The position numbers and the translations under genes were made by a program. Shown one piece after another: positions 35,581 through 37,142 of a DNA stretch of 37,142 nucleotides. The stretch covers positions 1 through 37,142 of the forward strand of contig MU626449.1 of assembly GCA_025603075.1 (NCBI GenBank), read 5' to 3'. The stretch is from Neoconidiobolus thromboides FSU 785. Taxonomy: Eukaryota; Fungi; Entomophthoromycota. The notes beneath the pieces are model-generated. The model did not search any database, was not told the DNA's origin, and was given only the letters and a program-made list of their open reading frames with translations. How positions within the stretch are numbered: position 1 is the stretch's first letter; each line of letters starts with the position of its first letter.

Positions 35581-35957
35581 ATATAACATTTGTTTAATTG
35601 TTAATTGTTTTATCAAAATTTAATAAAAGAATAATGATATTAAATATTTATCAGATAGTATGTATATTAAACAAAAGTTAAAAAAATGATATATAATAAG
35701 CATTTTGATGATTTGAAAAATAAAGCAGCAGCTAAGCCAATATTTTTTAATATATATCAAGCAGTTTTAAAAGTTTAGTAAGAAAAATAGATCTGTATAA
35801 TATAAGCACCTAGTATATAATTAAAAAAAATTAAAACAAGTATAATAATAAAAAATAAAATATAGATATAAAAATCCTTCAATAAAAAAAAGTTATATGA
35901 ATTATATAAATTTTATATTAATATTTAAAAGACATCCTTATATATAAGAAACTATTT

Positions 35958-36055
35958 CGGAGTGTTTTTTTCGACTTCATTATTTTTCCACTTTTTAAGC
36001 GTTATTTAAGCGGAAAATTTGTTAGTAAAATTCCTAAGCACAAAAATACATCCCC
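35958..36055 (+). mobile_element. MITE copy
   Basis: Consensus match; TSD ATTT. Confidence 0.9.
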
Positions 36056-37142
36056 ATTTAATTAATTTAGTACTTGGAGAGCTTTTAAAAAATTTACAAA
36101 AATTAATATATAGGCAGATACAACAAACCACTTTAAATCTTAAAAGTTTTTGTATGATATATCTAAAGAAATTCATAAAATAAACAATATTTCAAATATC
36201 CAGCTTAATTTTTTTATTAAGCACCATAGAAAAACTATGATTAGTAAATATTTTTAAGAATCTTTTAAATGAGAAAATAGTTTTAAAGTATTAGATAAAA
36301 TGGAAAATATTACTCAATTAATTTGAAATTAAGATTTTTATCTGTGAACATAGTAAAATTAATAACTCAACTGTCAATAACACAAAAATAAAGATATAAA
36401 AATAATAAAAAAGTACATTGTTATCTAGTATCTGATAAATCAAAAAAGTGATATAATTGTAATTAAAATCATAAAATCTATAGAAATAAAAAAACTAAAA
36501 GATTAATTCCACCTTGTCTTACAGGATAACTGAAATTTTAAAAGTTTCAATATCTACTAAGCAAACAAATAGTTTATTAGATAATAGAAATCAATTATTA
36601 AATGTCAATATTACTTAAACTATTAATAGTTAACCTAGTAAATAGCCAAGAGCAAGTAATTGTAATAATAAATAAAAACCATCGTTATGTTGATTATATT
36701 ATATAGAGATGTTTAGTTATAGCTTTGGGATTAACTACTCCTTCTTATACAGCTATTTATTAGCTTAGTAATATATCAATAATGTAATTATAATATTAAA
36801 ATTATTTATTTATTTGATAGCAAATATGTAACGTTAGTTATAAAGTAATCAATAATAAGTATTACTCAATAAAGTTTTATATAAATATTTATTTATATAT
36901 ATACTATAATTTTGATTAATATCAGTATATAGATCATATTAGTGAAAGCCTTACTAATCTGATAATTTTTATTAAACTTAGTAGAAATTCCGCTAACTTA
37001 GAATAGAAATTATTTTATAATTTAAAATTGCGGGTACTTTTACTTTTAATAAAGAATCTATTTTTATAGAATTTTGAGAAAGTTTTTGAAATGGAAGATA
37101 TTTAAAAACTGGATAAAAAAATGGAACCAGTTCGGATATCCC

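Noticed and set aside
1260-36055. The recurring ~98-bp repeat as a CRISPR array or regulatory repeat
   Set aside because: It is dispersed, occurs in both orientations with irregular spacing, has TIRs and TSDs, and sits in a eukaryotic genome. This is a MITE.

Overview
Very AT-rich eukaryotic DNA with short GT-AG introns. It is most likely from an early-diverging, mitochondriate fungus (Zoopagomycota/Entomophthorales-like; this is an inference from intron size, base composition and gene content). Conserved genes: a 5' fragment of an ACY1-type M20A aminoacylase, VPS24, ERV2, CWC15, a FERRY3/C12orf4 (DUF2362) homolog with an apparent UBA-like insert, an intronless secreted CAP/SCP protein, ATP1 and SUB2/UAP56. 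The rest of the window is a degraded repeat landscape with three main components. (1) A ~95-100 bp MITE, with 24 near-full-length copies plus fragments, GGGGATGT...ACATCCCC termini and a 4-bp target-site duplication (mostly ATAT). (2) Six diverged pseudogene copies of an L1/Tx1-type ORF1-like protein (RRM-like region plus CCHC knuckle) that have no recognisable ORF2 and share a conserved 3' non-coding motif. (3) Two solo-LTR-like copies. The best candidates for an undescribed system are the ORF1-only family and the MITE. No tRNA, rRNA or CRISPR features were recognised. All homology calls come from reading the translations by eye; no searches were run.
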